Below are positions 30,801 through 43,631 of a stretch of 43,931 nucleotides of DNA, in pieces. The translations under genes and the position numbers were made by a program. The stretch is from a virus (lineage: Duplodnaviria > Heunggongvirae > Uroviricota > Caudoviricetes). The stretch lies in IMG/VR virus record IMGVR_UViG_2541047897_000005; one strand, given 5' to 3'. A model generated the notes under the pieces. That model had not been told where the DNA came from. It worked only from the letters and a program-made list of their open reading frames with translations, and did not search any database. Every line of letters begins with the position of its first letter. The first letter of the stretch is position 1.

Positions 30801-33357
30801 ACCGGTAGGCGATCTGGTCGTTGATTTAAGTCTGGATGCGGCCAGATTTGACGAGCAGATGGCCAGAGTCAGGCGTCATTTTTCCGGTACGGAAAGTGAT
30901 GCGAAAAAAACAGCGGCAGTCGTTGAACAGTCAATGAACCGGCAGGCGCTGGCTGCACAGAAAGCGGGGATTTCCGTCGGGCAGTATAAAGCTGCCATGC
31001 GTATGCTGCCTGCGCAGTTCACCGACGTGGCCACGCAGCTTGCAGGGGGGCAGAATCCGTGGCTCATCCTGCTGCAACAGGGTGGTCAGGTGAAGGACTC
31101 CTTCGGCGGGATGATCCCCATGTTCAGGGGGCTTGCCGGTGCGATCACCCTGCCGATGGTTGGTATCACTTCGCTGGCGGTGGCGACCGGTGCGCTGGCG
31201 TATGCCTGGTATCAGGGTGACTCAACCCTGTCCAATTTCAATAAAACGCTGGTCCTTTCCGGTAATCAGGCGGGACTGACGGCAGATCGTATGCTGGCCC
31301 TGTCCAGATCCGGGCAGGCGGCAGGGCTGACGTTTAACCAGACCAGCGAGTCACTGACGGCGCTGGTGAATGCCGGTGTGCGTGGTGGTGAGCAGTTTGA
31401 GGCAATCAGCCAGAGTGTGGCGCGTTTCTCCTCTGCATCCGGCGTGGAGGTGGACAAGGTCGCTGAAGCCTTCGGGAAGCTGACCACTGACCCGACGTCT
31501 GGGTTGACGGCGATGGCGCGCCAGTTCCATAACGTGACGGCGGAACAGATTGCGTATGTTGCTCAGTTGCAGCGTTCCGGCGATGGGGCCGGGGCATTGC
31601 AGGCGGCGAACGAGGCCGCAACGAAAGGGTTTGATGACCAGACCCGTAAACTGAAAGATAACATGGGTACGCTGGAGACCTGGGCAGACAAGACTGCACA
31701 GGCATTCAAATCCATGTGGGATGCGGTGCTGGATATTGGTCGCCCGGACTCCTCTGCAGATATGCTCGCCAAAGCTGAAAAGGCTTTTGATGAAGCGGAT
31801 AAAAAATGGCAGTGGTATCAGAGCCGAAGCCACCGGCGCGGTAAAACGTCAGCATTTCTTGCCAATCTCCGGGGGGCATGGGAGAAGAGAGAGAATGCGC
31901 GACTTGGGCTTTCAGCCGCCACGTTGCAGGCAGATCTTGAAAAGGCCAGTGAGATGGCAGCAAAAGATCGGGCCGAGTCTGAGGCATCACGGCTGAAATA
32001 TACCGAAGAGGCGCAGAAGGCTTACGAACGCCTGCAGACACCGCTGGAGAAATATACCGCCCGCCAGGAGGAACTGAATAAGGCACTGAAAGACGGAAAA
32101 ATCCTGCAGGCAGATTACAACACGCTGATGGCGGCGGCGAAAAAGGACTATGAAGCGACGCTGAAAAAGCCGAAGCAGTCCGGCGTGAAAGTGTCTGCGG
32201 GCGATCGTCAGGAAGACAGTGCTCATGCTGCCCTGCTGACGCTTCAGGCAGAACTCCGGACACTGGAGAAGCATGCCGGAGCGAATGAGAAAATCAGCCA
32301 GCAGCGCCGGGATTTGTGGAAGGCGGAAAGTCAGTTCGCGGTACTGGAGGAGGCGGCGCAACGTCGCCAGCTGTCCGCACAGGAGAAATCCCTGCTGGCG
32401 CATAAAGATGAGACGCTGGAGTACAAACGCCAGCTGGCTGCACTTGGCGATAAGGTCACGTATCAGGAGCACCTGAACGCGCTGGCGCAGCAGGCGGATA
32501 AATTCGCACAGCAGCAACGGGCAAAACGGGCAGCCATTGAGGCGAAAAACCGGGGGCTGACTGACCGGCAGGCAGCGCGGGACGCCACGGAACAGCGCCT
32601 GAAGGAACAGTATGGCGATAATCCGCTGGCGCTGAATAACGTCATGTCAGAGCAGAAAAAGACCTGGGCGGCTGAAGACCAGCTTCGCGGGAACTGGATG
32701 GCAGGCCTGAAGTCCGGCTGGAGTGAGTGGGAAGAGAGCGCCACGGACAGTATGTCGCAGGTAAAAAGTGCAGCCACGCAGACCTTTGATGGTATTGCAC
32801 AGAATATGGCGGCGATGCTGACCGGCAGTGAACAGAACTGGCGCAGCTTCACCCGTTCCGTGCTGTCCATGATGACAGAAATTCTGCTTAAGCAGGCAAT
32901 GGTGGGGATCGTCGGGAGTGTCGGCAGTGTCATTGGCGGTGCATCAGCGTCAGGCGGTACAGCCATTCAGGCATCTGCGGCGAAATTCCATTTTGCGACC
33001 GGAGGATTTACGGGAACCGGCGGCAAATATGAGCCAGCGGGGATTGTTCACCGTGGTGAATTTGTCTTCACGAAGGAGGCAACCAGCCGGATTGGCGTGG
33101 GGAATCTTTACCGGCTTATGCGCGGCTATGCCACCGGCGGTTATGTCGGTACACCGGGCAGCATGGCGGACAGTCGGTCGCAGGCGTCCGGGACGTTTGA
33201 GCAGAATAACCATGTGGTGATTAACAACGACGGCACGAACGGTCAGATAGGGCCACAGGCGCTGAAGGCTGTTTATGACGTAGCCCGTAAGGCGGCAATG
33301 GATGTTGTGACCGGGCAGATGCGTGATGGTGGTCTGTTCTCCGGAGGTGGACGATGA
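30793..33357 (+). CDS. H: Tail tape measure protein H (854 aa)
   Basis: Matches recalled lambda gpH; long helical protein with a Gly-rich C-terminus. Confidence 0.97.
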   Translation: MAEPVGDLVVDLSLDAARFDEQMARVRRHFSGTESDAKKTAAVVEQSMNRQALAAQKAGISVGQYKAAMRMLPAQFTDVATQLAGGQNPWLILLQQGGQVKDSFGGMIPMFRGLAGAITLPMVGITSLAVATGALAYAWYQGDSTLSNFNKTLVLSGNQAGLTADRMLALSRSGQAAGLTFNQTSESLTALVNAGVRGGEQFEAISQSVARFSSASGVEVDKVAEAFGKLTTDPTSGLTAMARQFHNVTAEQIAYVAQLQRSGDGAGALQAANEAATKGFDDQTRKLKDNMGTLETWADKTAQAFKSMWDAVLDIGRPDSSADMLAKAEKAFDEADKKWQWYQSRSHRRGKTSAFLANLRGAWEKRENARLGLSAATLQADLEKASEMAAKDRAESEASRLKYTEEAQKAYERLQTPLEKYTARQEELNKALKDGKILQADYNTLMAAAKKDYEATLKKPKQSGVKVSAGDRQEDSAHAALLTLQAELRTLEKHAGANEKISQQRRDLWKAESQFAVLEEAAQRRQLSAQEKSLLAHKDETLEYKRQLAALGDKVTYQEHLNALAQQADKFAQQQRAKRAAIEAKNRGLTDRQAARDATEQRLKEQYGDNPLALNNVMSEQKKTWAAEDQLRGNWMAGLKSGWSEWEESATDSMSQVKSAATQTFDGIAQNMAAMLTGSEQNWRSFTRSVLSMMTEILLKQAMVGIVGSVGSVIGGASASGGTAIQASAAKFHFATGGFTGTGGKYEPAGIVHRGEFVFTKEATSRIGVGNLYRLMRGYATGGYVGTPGSMADSRSQASGTFEQNNHVVINNDGTNGQIGPQALKAVYDVARKAAMDVVTGQMRDGGLFSGGGR

Positions 33358-33683
33358 AAACCTTCCGCTGGAAAGTGAAACCCGGTATGGATGTGGCTTC
33401 GGCCCCTTCTGTAAGAAAGGTGCGCTTTGGTGATGGCTATTCCCAGCGAGCGCCTGCCGGGCTGAATGCCAACCTGAAAACGTACAGCGTGACGCTTTCT
33501 GTTCCCCGTTGGGAGGCCGCGGCGCTGGAGTCGTTTCTGGAAGAGCACGGGGGCTGGAAAGCCTTTCTGTGGACGCCGCCTTATGAGTGGCGGCAGATAA
33601 AGGTGACCTGCGCAAAATGGTCGTCGCGGGTCAGTATGCTGCGTGTTGAGTTCAGCGCAGAGTTTGAACAGGTGGTGAACTGA
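33354..33683 (+). CDS. M: Tail tip protein M (109 aa)
   Basis: Matches recalled lambda gpM. Confidence 0.95.
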   Translation: MKTFRWKVKPGMDVASAPSVRKVRFGDGYSQRAPAGLNANLKTYSVTLSVPRWEAAALESFLEEHGGWKAFLWTPPYEWRQIKVTCAKWSSRVSMLRVEFSAEFEQVVN

Positions 33684-34381
33684 TGCAGGATATCCGGCAG
33701 GAAACACTGAATGAATGCACCCGTGCGGAGCAGTCGGCCAGCGTGGTGCTCTGGGAAATCGACCTGACAGAGGTCGGTGGAGAACGTTATTTTTTCTGTA
33801 ATGAGCAGAACGAAAAAGGTGAGCCGGTCACCTGGCAGGGGCGACAGTATCAGCCGTATCCCATTCAGGGGAGTGGTTTTGAACTGAATGGCAAAGGCAC
33901 CAGTACGCGCCCCACGCTGACGGTTTCTAACCTGTACGGTATGGTCACCGGGATGGCGGAAGACCTGCAGAGTCTGGTCGGCGGAACGGTGGTCAGGCGT
34001 AAGGTTTATGCCCGTTTTCTGGATGCGGTGAACTTCGTCAACGGAAACAGCGACGCCGATCCGGAGCAGGAGGTGATCAGCCGCTGGCGCATCGAGCAGT
34101 GCAGCGAACTGAGCGCGGTCAGTGCCTCTTTTGTACTGTCCACGCCGACGGAAACGGATGGTGCCGTTTTTCCGGGGCGCATCATGCTTGCTAATACCTG
34201 CACCTGGACCTATCGCGGTGATGAGTGCGGTTATCACGGTCCGGCGGTCGCGGATGAATATGACCAGCCGACATCCGAAATCACGAAGGATAAATGCAGC
34301 AAATGCCTGAGTGGCTGTAAGTTCCGCAATAATGTCGGCAACTTTGGCGGCTTCCTTTCCATTAACAAACTTTCGCAGTAA
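33683..34381 (+). CDS. L: Tail tip protein L (232 aa)
   Basis: Matches recalled lambda gpL (Cys cluster C...CxxC...C). Confidence 0.95.
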   Translation: MQDIRQETLNECTRAEQSASVVLWEIDLTEVGGERYFFCNEQNEKGEPVTWQGRQYQPYPIQGSGFELNGKGTSTRPTLTVSNLYGMVTGMAEDLQSLVGGTVVRRKVYARFLDAVNFVNGNSDADPEQEVISRWRIEQCSELSAVSASFVLSTPTETDGAVFPGRIMLANTCTWTYRGDECGYHGPAVADEYDQPTSEITKDKCSKCLSGCKFRNNVGNFGGFLSINKLSQ

Positions 34382-34386
34382 ATCCC

Positions 34387-35130
34387 ATGACAGAGACAGA
34401 ATCAGCGATTCTGGCGCACGCCCGGCGATGTGCGCCAGCGGAGTCGTGCGGCTTCGTGGTGAGAACGTCGGAAGGGGAAAGATATTTTCCCTGCGTGAAT
34501 ATCTCCGGTGAGCCGGAGGATTATTTCCGGATGTCGCCGGAGGACTGGCTGCGGGCAGAGATGCAGGGTGAGATTGTGGCGCTGGTCCACAGCCACCCCG
34601 GTGGCCTGCCCTGGCTGAGTGAGGCTGACCGGCGGCTGCAGGTGCAGAGTGATTTGCCATGGTGGCTGGTCTGCCGGGGGGCGATTCATAAATTCCGCTG
34701 TGTGCCGCATCTTACCGGGCGGCGCTTTGAGCACGGGGTGACGGATTGTTACACACTGTTCCGGGACGCTTACCATCTGGCGGGGATTGAGATGCCGGAT
34801 TTTCATCGTGAGGATGACTGGTGGCGTAACGGCCAGAATCTCTATCTGGATAATCTGGAGGCCACAGGGCTGTATCAGGTGCCGTTGTCATCAGCACAAC
34901 CGGGTGATGTGCTGCTGTGCTGTTTTGGTTCATCGGTGCCGAATCATGCCGCCATTTACTGTGGTGACGGCGAGCTGCTGCACCATATTCCTGAACAACT
35001 GAGTAAACGAGAGAGGTATACCGACAAATGGCAGCAACGCACACACTCCCTCTGGCGTCACCGGGCATGGCGCGAATCTGCCTTTACGGGGATTTACAAC
35101 GATTTGGCCGCCGCATCGACCTGCGTGTGA
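34387..35130 (+). CDS. K: Tail tip assembly protein K with JAB/MPN and NlpC/P60-like motifs (247 aa)
   Basis: N-terminus matches recalled lambda gpK; HSHPGG (JAMM-like) and a downstream Cys/His region. Confidence 0.93.
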   Translation: MTETESAILAHARRCAPAESCGFVVRTSEGERYFPCVNISGEPEDYFRMSPEDWLRAEMQGEIVALVHSHPGGLPWLSEADRRLQVQSDLPWWLVCRGAIHKFRCVPHLTGRRFEHGVTDCYTLFRDAYHLAGIEMPDFHREDDWWRNGQNLYLDNLEATGLYQVPLSSAQPGDVLLCCFGSSVPNHAAIYCGDGELLHHIPEQLSKRERYTDKWQQRTHSLWRHRAWRESAFTGIYNDLAAASTCV

Positions 35131-35675
35131 AAACGGGGGCCGAAGCAGTCCGGGCGCTGACCACACAGCTTCCGGCGTTTCGTCAGAAACTGAGCGACGG
35201 CTGGTATCAGGTACGTATTGCCGGGCGTGATGCAGGTGAAACTGAATTATCAGCCCGTCTTAATGAACCGCTGGCAAATGGTGCCGTGATCCACATTGTG
35301 CCGCGTCTGGCGGGAGCCAAAAGTGGCGGTCTTTTTCAGGCTGTGCTGGGGGCGGCGCTGATTGCGGTGGCATGGTGGAACCCTGCAGGTTGGTTGGGGG
35401 CTGCCGCAATTACAGGAATGTATGGTGCGGGGGCCAGTATGGTGCTCGGTGGTGTGGCGCAGATGCTGGCACCGAAAGCCAGAACTCCCCGTACACAGAC
35501 AACGGATAACGGCAAACAGAACACCTATTTCTCCTCACTGGATAACATGGTTGCCCAGGGCAATGTTCTGCCGGTTCTGTACGGTGAAATGCGCGTGGGG
35601 TCACGGGTGATTTCGCAGGAGATCAGCACGGCAGATGAAGGAGATGGTGGTCAGGTTGTGGTGATTGGTCGTTGA
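35028..35675 (+). CDS. I: Tail assembly protein I (215 aa)
   Basis: Matches recalled lambda gpI N- and C-termini; overlaps the K 3' end in another frame as in lambda. Confidence 0.9.
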   Translation: MAATHTLPLASPGMARICLYGDLQRFGRRIDLRVKTGAEAVRALTTQLPAFRQKLSDGWYQVRIAGRDAGETELSARLNEPLANGAVIHIVPRLAGAKSGGLFQAVLGAALIAVAWWNPAGWLGAAAITGMYGAGASMVLGGVAQMLAPKARTPRTQTTDNGKQNTYFSSLDNMVAQGNVLPVLYGEMRVGSRVISQEISTADEGDGGQVVVIGR

Positions 35676-35732
35676 TGCAGAATGTTTTGTGTGAAACCGC
35701 CTCAGGGCGGTTTTGTCGTTTCTGGAGCGTGA

Positions 35733-39133
<3,401 letters not shown>

Positions 39134-39200
39134 ATTTTATAACCCCAATACGGGCGTCAGAAATGACGCCTTTTTTATTGCAGAAAAGCGAGAGGTAATT

Positions 39201-39800
39201 ATGCGTAAATTATGTGCTGTTATTCTGTCCGCAGTAGTCTGGCTGGTTGCCGCTGGTACGCCAGCGAGCGCAGCAGAGCATCAGTCCACACTAAGCGCCG
39301 GGTATCTTCAGACCCATACTGATATGCCAGGCAGTGATGACCTGAAGGGCATTAACGTGAAATACCGTTATGAATTTACGGACACGCTGGGGCTGGTGAC
39401 GTCATTCAGTTATGCAGGATACAAGAATCGTCAGCTGACCCGTTACAGCGATACCCGCTGGCATAAAGATTCCGTGCGTAACCGCTGGTTCAGCGTGATG
39501 GCGGGGCCGTCTGTGCGCGTGAATGAATGGTTCAGCGCGTATGCGATGGCGGGTATGGCTTACAGCCGTGTTTCGACTTTTTCCGGGGATTACCTCCGCG
39601 TAACTGACAACAAGGGGAAAACGCACGATGTGCTGACCGGAAGTGATGACGGTCGCCACAGCAACACGTCTCTGGCGTGGGGAGCTGGCGTGCAGTTTAA
39701 CCCGACCGAATCCGTGGCCATTGATATTGCTTATGAAGGCTCCGGCAGTGGTGACTGGCGCACTGACGGTTTCATCGTGGGTGTCGGTTATAAGTTCTGA
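39201..39800 (+). CDS. lom: Lom outer-membrane protein, Ail/Lom family (199 aa)
   Basis: Signal peptide, beta-barrel pattern ending ...GVGYKF; matches recalled lambda Lom. Confidence 0.95.
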   Translation: MRKLCAVILSAVVWLVAAGTPASAAEHQSTLSAGYLQTHTDMPGSDDLKGINVKYRYEFTDTLGLVTSFSYAGYKNRQLTRYSDTRWHKDSVRNRWFSVMAGPSVRVNEWFSAYAMAGMAYSRVSTFSGDYLRVTDNKGKTHDVLTGSDDGRHSNTSLAWGAGVQFNPTESVAIDIAYEGSGSGDWRTDGFIVGVGYKF

Positions 39801-39826
39801 TTAGCCAGGTAACACAGTGTTATGAC

Positions 39827-39854
39827 AGCCCGCCGGTTCAGGCGGGCTTTTTTG
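39827..39854 (+). terminator. Intrinsic terminator after lom
   Basis: Hairpin AGCCCGCC-GGTTCA-GGCGGGCT followed by TTTTTT. Confidence 0.7.
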
Positions 39855-39864
39855 TGGAGTGGAT

Positions 39865-42264
39865 ATGGCAGCAGTAAAAATCTCAGGTGTGCTGAAAGAT
39901 GGTGCGGGAAAACCAATACAGAACTGCACTATTCAACTGAAGGCAAAGCGTAACAGCACCACGGTACTGGTGAACACGGTGGCCTCTGAAAATCCGGATG
40001 AAGCCGGGCGTTACAGCATGGATGTTGAGTATGGCCAGTACAGCGTTATCCTGCTGGTTGAAGGTTTTCCGCCTTCACATGCCGGGACCATCACCGTGTA
40101 TGAAGATTCTAAGCCGGGGACGCTGAATGATTTTCTCGGTGCCATGACGGAAGATGATGTCATGCCGGAGGCATTGCGTCGTTTTGAGGAAATGGTGGAA
40201 GAAGCGGCACGCAACGCTGAAGCCGCCTCTCAGAGCGCAGCGGCGGCAAAGAAATCCGAAACAGCAGCGGCATCATCGAAGAACGCGGCGAAAACCTCAG
40301 AAACGAACGCAGCTAACAGCGCACAGGCGGCAGCGGCCTCACAGACTGCATCGGCAAACTCCGCGACTGCAGCCAAAAAATCAGAAACCAACGCGAAAAA
40401 CAGTGAGACAGCCGCAAAGACGAGCGAAACCAACGCGAAGTCCAGCCAGACGGCAGCGAAAACCAGCGAAACGAATGCCAAAGCCAGTGAAACTGCGGCG
40501 AAAAGCAGTCAGGATGCAGCAGCTGAAAGCGAGAGTGCGGCGGCCGGTTCTGCGACTTCAGCAGCCGGATCAGCAACTGCTGCGGCTAACAGCCAGAAAG
40601 CTGCGAAGACGAGTGAAACTAACGCAAAGTCCAGCCAGACAGCAGCGAAGACCAGCGAAACGAATGCCAAAGCCAGCGAAACTGCGGCGAAAAGTAGTCA
40701 GGCTGCAGCAGCCGAAAGCGAGAGTGCTGCAGCTGGTTCTGCAAGTGCGGCGGCTGCTTCTGCCACTGCATCAGCTAACAGTCAAAAAGCAGCAAAAACC
40801 AGTGAAACCAACGCAAAGGCGAGCGAAACAGCGGCTGCGAACTCAGCGAAAGCATCGGCAGCAAGCCAGACGGCAGCTAAAGCAAGCGAAGATGCAGCCA
40901 GAGAGTACGCAAGCCAGGCTGCGGAGCCGTATAAATATGTCTTACAGCCGTTACCTGAGGTGTGGATACCGTTTAACGATTCACTGGATATGATTACCGG
41001 GTTTGCTCCTGGATATAAGAGCATCACAGTTGGTGACGATGTTATTGCATTGCCGTCTGAAAAGGTTGTTTCATTTACCAGGGCGTCAACTGCAACGTAT
41101 ATAGATAAGTCTGGGTGTTTTGCTGAATCAGCGATAAATGAACCACGTTTTGAAAAAGATGGTCTGCTCATTGAAGGTCAGAGAACGAATACTTTTTCTT
41201 ATACGAATACACCAGTATCGTGGAACTATGACACTGCTAACTTAACTATTACCACGGGAGTTGATGAGTATGGTTTCAGTTATGGTTTGTTTGGCGTTAA
41301 AGAAACATCCACAACTGAAAGGGCGACATTAATTTCTACTGGATATACCAGGGTTATTTCAGTTTCGGCAAATGAATCAGTTACTTTATCCTGCAGAGTT
41401 AAAAAAGTAAGTGGGGATGGTATTATCACGTTGCGTCCAAGAATATCATATGTTAACGACGATGGCTCAAGTAACACACTGACCGCTGGCGCATATATTG
41501 ATTGCGAGACTGGCGATATGTTGAGTTATTCTGGAGGTGAGGCGGCAACTTATAACATATTCAGAGAGTCTAATGGATGGATTCGTGTTGAGTTTACCTA
41601 CAAATCACCAGAAGCAAAAAATATGTATGGGCGTTTTGAGTTTGGAGCACATCAACGATCAATCAAGTCTGGCGATAAATTAATGTTAACAACCCCTCAA
41701 TTCGAAAAGGGACTAAACGCGTCATCTTTTATCATCACAACAGAGGTCGGTGCCACGAGAGCAAGTGACCAGGTAATCATACCTATACCTTTCAATTGGG
41801 CAACTCCACCAGTTAGTGTTCTCATGGAAGTTAATGTTAATTGGGATTCTGAAATGCCTAATTTAGAAGGCTCTGCGCGTTTGCTTAATATCTCAATTAC
41901 AGGGGCGACGACTGAAGTTTCTGATGAAAGTTATATGTATTTTGGTTTTACCACTCGTGGTAAAAGGCTAATTATCACCAATGGCAAAGGAACAAAAACA
42001 GAATATAAAGCATATGGGAATAGAGAGAAAAGGAAATTTGTTACTGGCTTTAAGTTTACAGAAGATAAACAGTTGCAGGTTGTTGTTGATGGAATTTTAG
42101 GTGGCAGCTCCCCGTCTCTGCATACATTGCAACGTTATACTGCCGGTAATATTAATATCGGTGGACAATCATCCAGTGGCAACAGACACCTGTTCGGTCA
42201 TGTGAAAAATTTACGCATTTGGCATAAAGAATTAACTGAGGCACAAATGGGGGAGTCAATCTAA
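39865..42264 (+). CDS. stf: Side tail fibre protein Stf (about 799 aa from ATG 39865), lambda-like N-terminus, repeat region, divergent AT-rich C-terminal domain
   Basis: N-terminus (MAAVKISGVLKDGAGKP...) matches recalled lambda Stf; central SETNAK heptad-type repeats; C-terminal roughly 400 aa AT-rich and unlike lambda Stf. Confidence 0.88.
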   Translation: MAAVKISGVLKDGAGKPIQNCTIQLKAKRNSTTVLVNTVASENPDEAGRYSMDVEYGQYSVILLVEGFPPSHAGTITVYEDSKPGTLNDFLGAMTEDDVMPEALRRFEEMVEEAARNAEAASQSAAAAKKSETAAASSKNAAKTSETNAANSAQAAAASQTASANSATAAKKSETNAKNSETAAKTSETNAKSSQTAAKTSETNAKASETAAKSSQDAAAESESAAAGSATSAAGSATAAANSQKAAKTSETNAKSSQTAAKTSETNAKASETAAKSSQAAAAESESAAAGSASAAAASATASANSQKAAKTSETNAKASETAAANSAKASAASQTAAKASEDAAREYASQAAEPYKYVLQPLPEVWIPFNDSLDMITGFAPGYKSITVGDDVIALPSEKVVSFTRASTATYIDKSGCFAESAINEPRFEKDGLLIEGQRTNTFSYTNTPVSWNYDTANLTITTGVDEYGFSYGLFGVKETSTTERATLISTGYTRVISVSANESVTLSCRVKKVSGDGIITLRPRISYVNDDGSSNTLTAGAYIDCETGDMLSYSGGEAATYNIFRESNGWIRVEFTYKSPEAKNMYGRFEFGAHQRSIKSGDKLMLTTPQFEKGLNASSFIITTEVGATRASDQVIIPIPFNWATPPVSVLMEVNVNWDSEMPNLEGSARLLNISITGATTEVSDESYMYFGFTTRGKRLIITNGKGTKTEYKAYGNREKRKFVTGFKFTEDKQLQVVVDGILGGSSPSLHTLQRYTAGNINIGGQSSSGNRHLFGHVKNLRIWHKELTEAQMGESI
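40432..40809 (+). repeat. Tandem direct repeat (2 x ~189 bp) inside stf, encoding (TSETNAK-xSxTAAK)n-type repeats
   Basis: Sequence from about 40432 (AACGCGAAGTCCAGCCAGAC...) recurs from 40621 (AACGCAAAGTCCAGCCAGAC...) with few substitutions; 7-residue sub-periodicity. Confidence 0.8.
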
Positions 42265-42545
42265 TGAAAGATTTAACACTCAAATTTGAAGACAGGGCCG
42301 ACTTTTCGGCCTTTATGGAGAGTATTGGCTATTATGATGACGAGTCGATGCAGGATGATATTCTTATCGACGTGATAGGTAACGTGTACAAAGAAACCGG
42401 AGAACTGACTGAAGATGGCGAACCGGTATGTGTTAAGGAAGACGGATATTTTGTAAACGTGCGCATCATTAATGATTCGCAAATATCGTCATTATTCGAT
42501 GAATACGTGGTTGCTGTTGAGCATCAACTTCGTGGCTGGATGTGA
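42264..42545 (+). CDS. Hypothetical small acidic protein (93 aa) between the two tail-fibre genes
   Basis: ORF coupled to the stf stop; acidic; no recognisable motif; possible fibre-associated accessory. Confidence 0.55.
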   Translation: MKDLTLKFEDRADFSAFMESIGYYDDESMQDDILIDVIGNVYKETGELTEDGEPVCVKEDGYFVNVRIINDSQISSLFDEYVVAVEHQLRGWM

Positions 42546-42554
42546 GGAAGAAAA

Positions 42555-43595
42555 ATGGCTACATCGACAGTAATTCCTGATGACATCAAAACGCTAAAAT
42601 CCGACGTTAGCAAATTAAAAAACGATCAAGGAAGCTACGCAACAAAATTATATGTAGACAGCAAAGATGAAATCGTTGGTGACTGGTCTGCTTCATGGTA
42701 TCAGCAGGTATTGCCAACTAGCGGAGCTATATTTGGGAGAAAACTCCGCTCAACTCACAGGACGGCAGGTGTTGAGGATGCGTATTGCGAACTATACCTC
42801 AAAAAATGGATAGACAGTCCAGGTAACGCAATGGCGCGCCTTAACCTGAACGATAACGGGACAAACATTTGCTGGGACTTTACCAACCTTTATGGCGGTA
42901 CGATGATTTTTCCCGGTGACAGCGGATACCTCAAAATGGGTAACTGCCTTATGTCATACAGCAAGCGTGGAAGTAACGCGCTTATTAAATTTGATTACAC
43001 CGACACATTACAGATCAAATATGCCAATCATGGGTCAACCATGACATTAAACACACAGGGAACCGCTTATGCTGGTGTTACTGCTCAATTGTGGGGCAAC
43101 TCCAGCCGTCCTGTTGTTTATGAAGTCGGTGTTGATGGTGGCGCTTATATGTTCTATGCGCAGAAAAATACCGATAACACCTATATGTTAAGCGTTAATG
43201 GTGCATGTCATGCCACCGCATTTAACCAGCATTCCGACCGGGATCTGAAAGACAACATTCAGGTGATCGATAATGCAACCGACCGCATCCGTAAAATGAA
43301 CGGCTATACATACACGCTTAAAGAAAACGGTATGCCCTATGCTGGTGTCATTGCACAGGAAGCTCTGGAAGCAATCCCAGAAGTTGTAGGTTCCGCAATG
43401 AAATATCAGGACGGTGCGAGCGGATCGGAAGGTGAAGAAGGTGAACGTTATTACACAGTAGATTATTCTGGTGTTACTGGCTTGCTTGTTCAGGTAGCCA
43501 GAGAGTCAGACGACAGAATAACAGCACTGGAAGAAGAAAACGCAGAATTAAGACAAAGATTATCTGCAATTGAGGCGGCGCTTGCGTCTAAATAA
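42555..43595 (+). CDS. Tail fibre/spike protein with C-terminal intramolecular chaperone (peptidase S74-like) domain, 346 aa
   Basis: C-terminal region (SDRDLKDNIQVIDNATDRIRKMNGYTYTLKENG...YYTVDYSGVTGLLVQVARE...) resembles the self-cleaving chaperone of endosialidase-type fibres; AT-rich. Confidence 0.8.
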   Translation: MATSTVIPDDIKTLKSDVSKLKNDQGSYATKLYVDSKDEIVGDWSASWYQQVLPTSGAIFGRKLRSTHRTAGVEDAYCELYLKKWIDSPGNAMARLNLNDNGTNICWDFTNLYGGTMIFPGDSGYLKMGNCLMSYSKRGSNALIKFDYTDTLQIKYANHGSTMTLNTQGTAYAGVTAQLWGNSSRPVVYEVGVDGGAYMFYAQKNTDNTYMLSVNGACHATAFNQHSDRDLKDNIQVIDNATDRIRKMNGYTYTLKENGMPYAGVIAQEALEAIPEVVGSAMKYQDGASGSEGEEGERYYTVDYSGVTGLLVQVARESDDRITALEEENAELRQRLSAIEAALASK

Positions 43596-43601
43596 TATTA
43601 A

Positions 43602-43624
43602 GGGGCCGAGCGCCCCGTTTTATT
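43602..43624 (+). terminator. Putative intrinsic terminator after the second fibre gene
   Basis: Hairpin GGGGC-loop-GCCCC followed by GTTTTATT. Confidence 0.5.
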
Positions 43625-43631
43625 GGGTAGG

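Noticed and set aside
31351-32966. Several minus-strand ORFs (160-185 aa) inside tape-measure gene H
   Set aside because: Antisense to H; composition artefacts of the GC-rich helical-repeat coding sequence
33581-34660. 359-aa minus-strand ORF antisense to M, L and K
   Set aside because: Pro/Arg/Ala-rich low-complexity translation typical of antisense frames in GC-rich lambda structural genes; the plus-strand genes match lambda proteins
40154-40993. 279-aa plus-strand ORF rich in Arg/Lys/Gln inside stf
   Set aside because: Alternative frame of the stf repeat region; extreme low-complexity translation created by the tandem repeats
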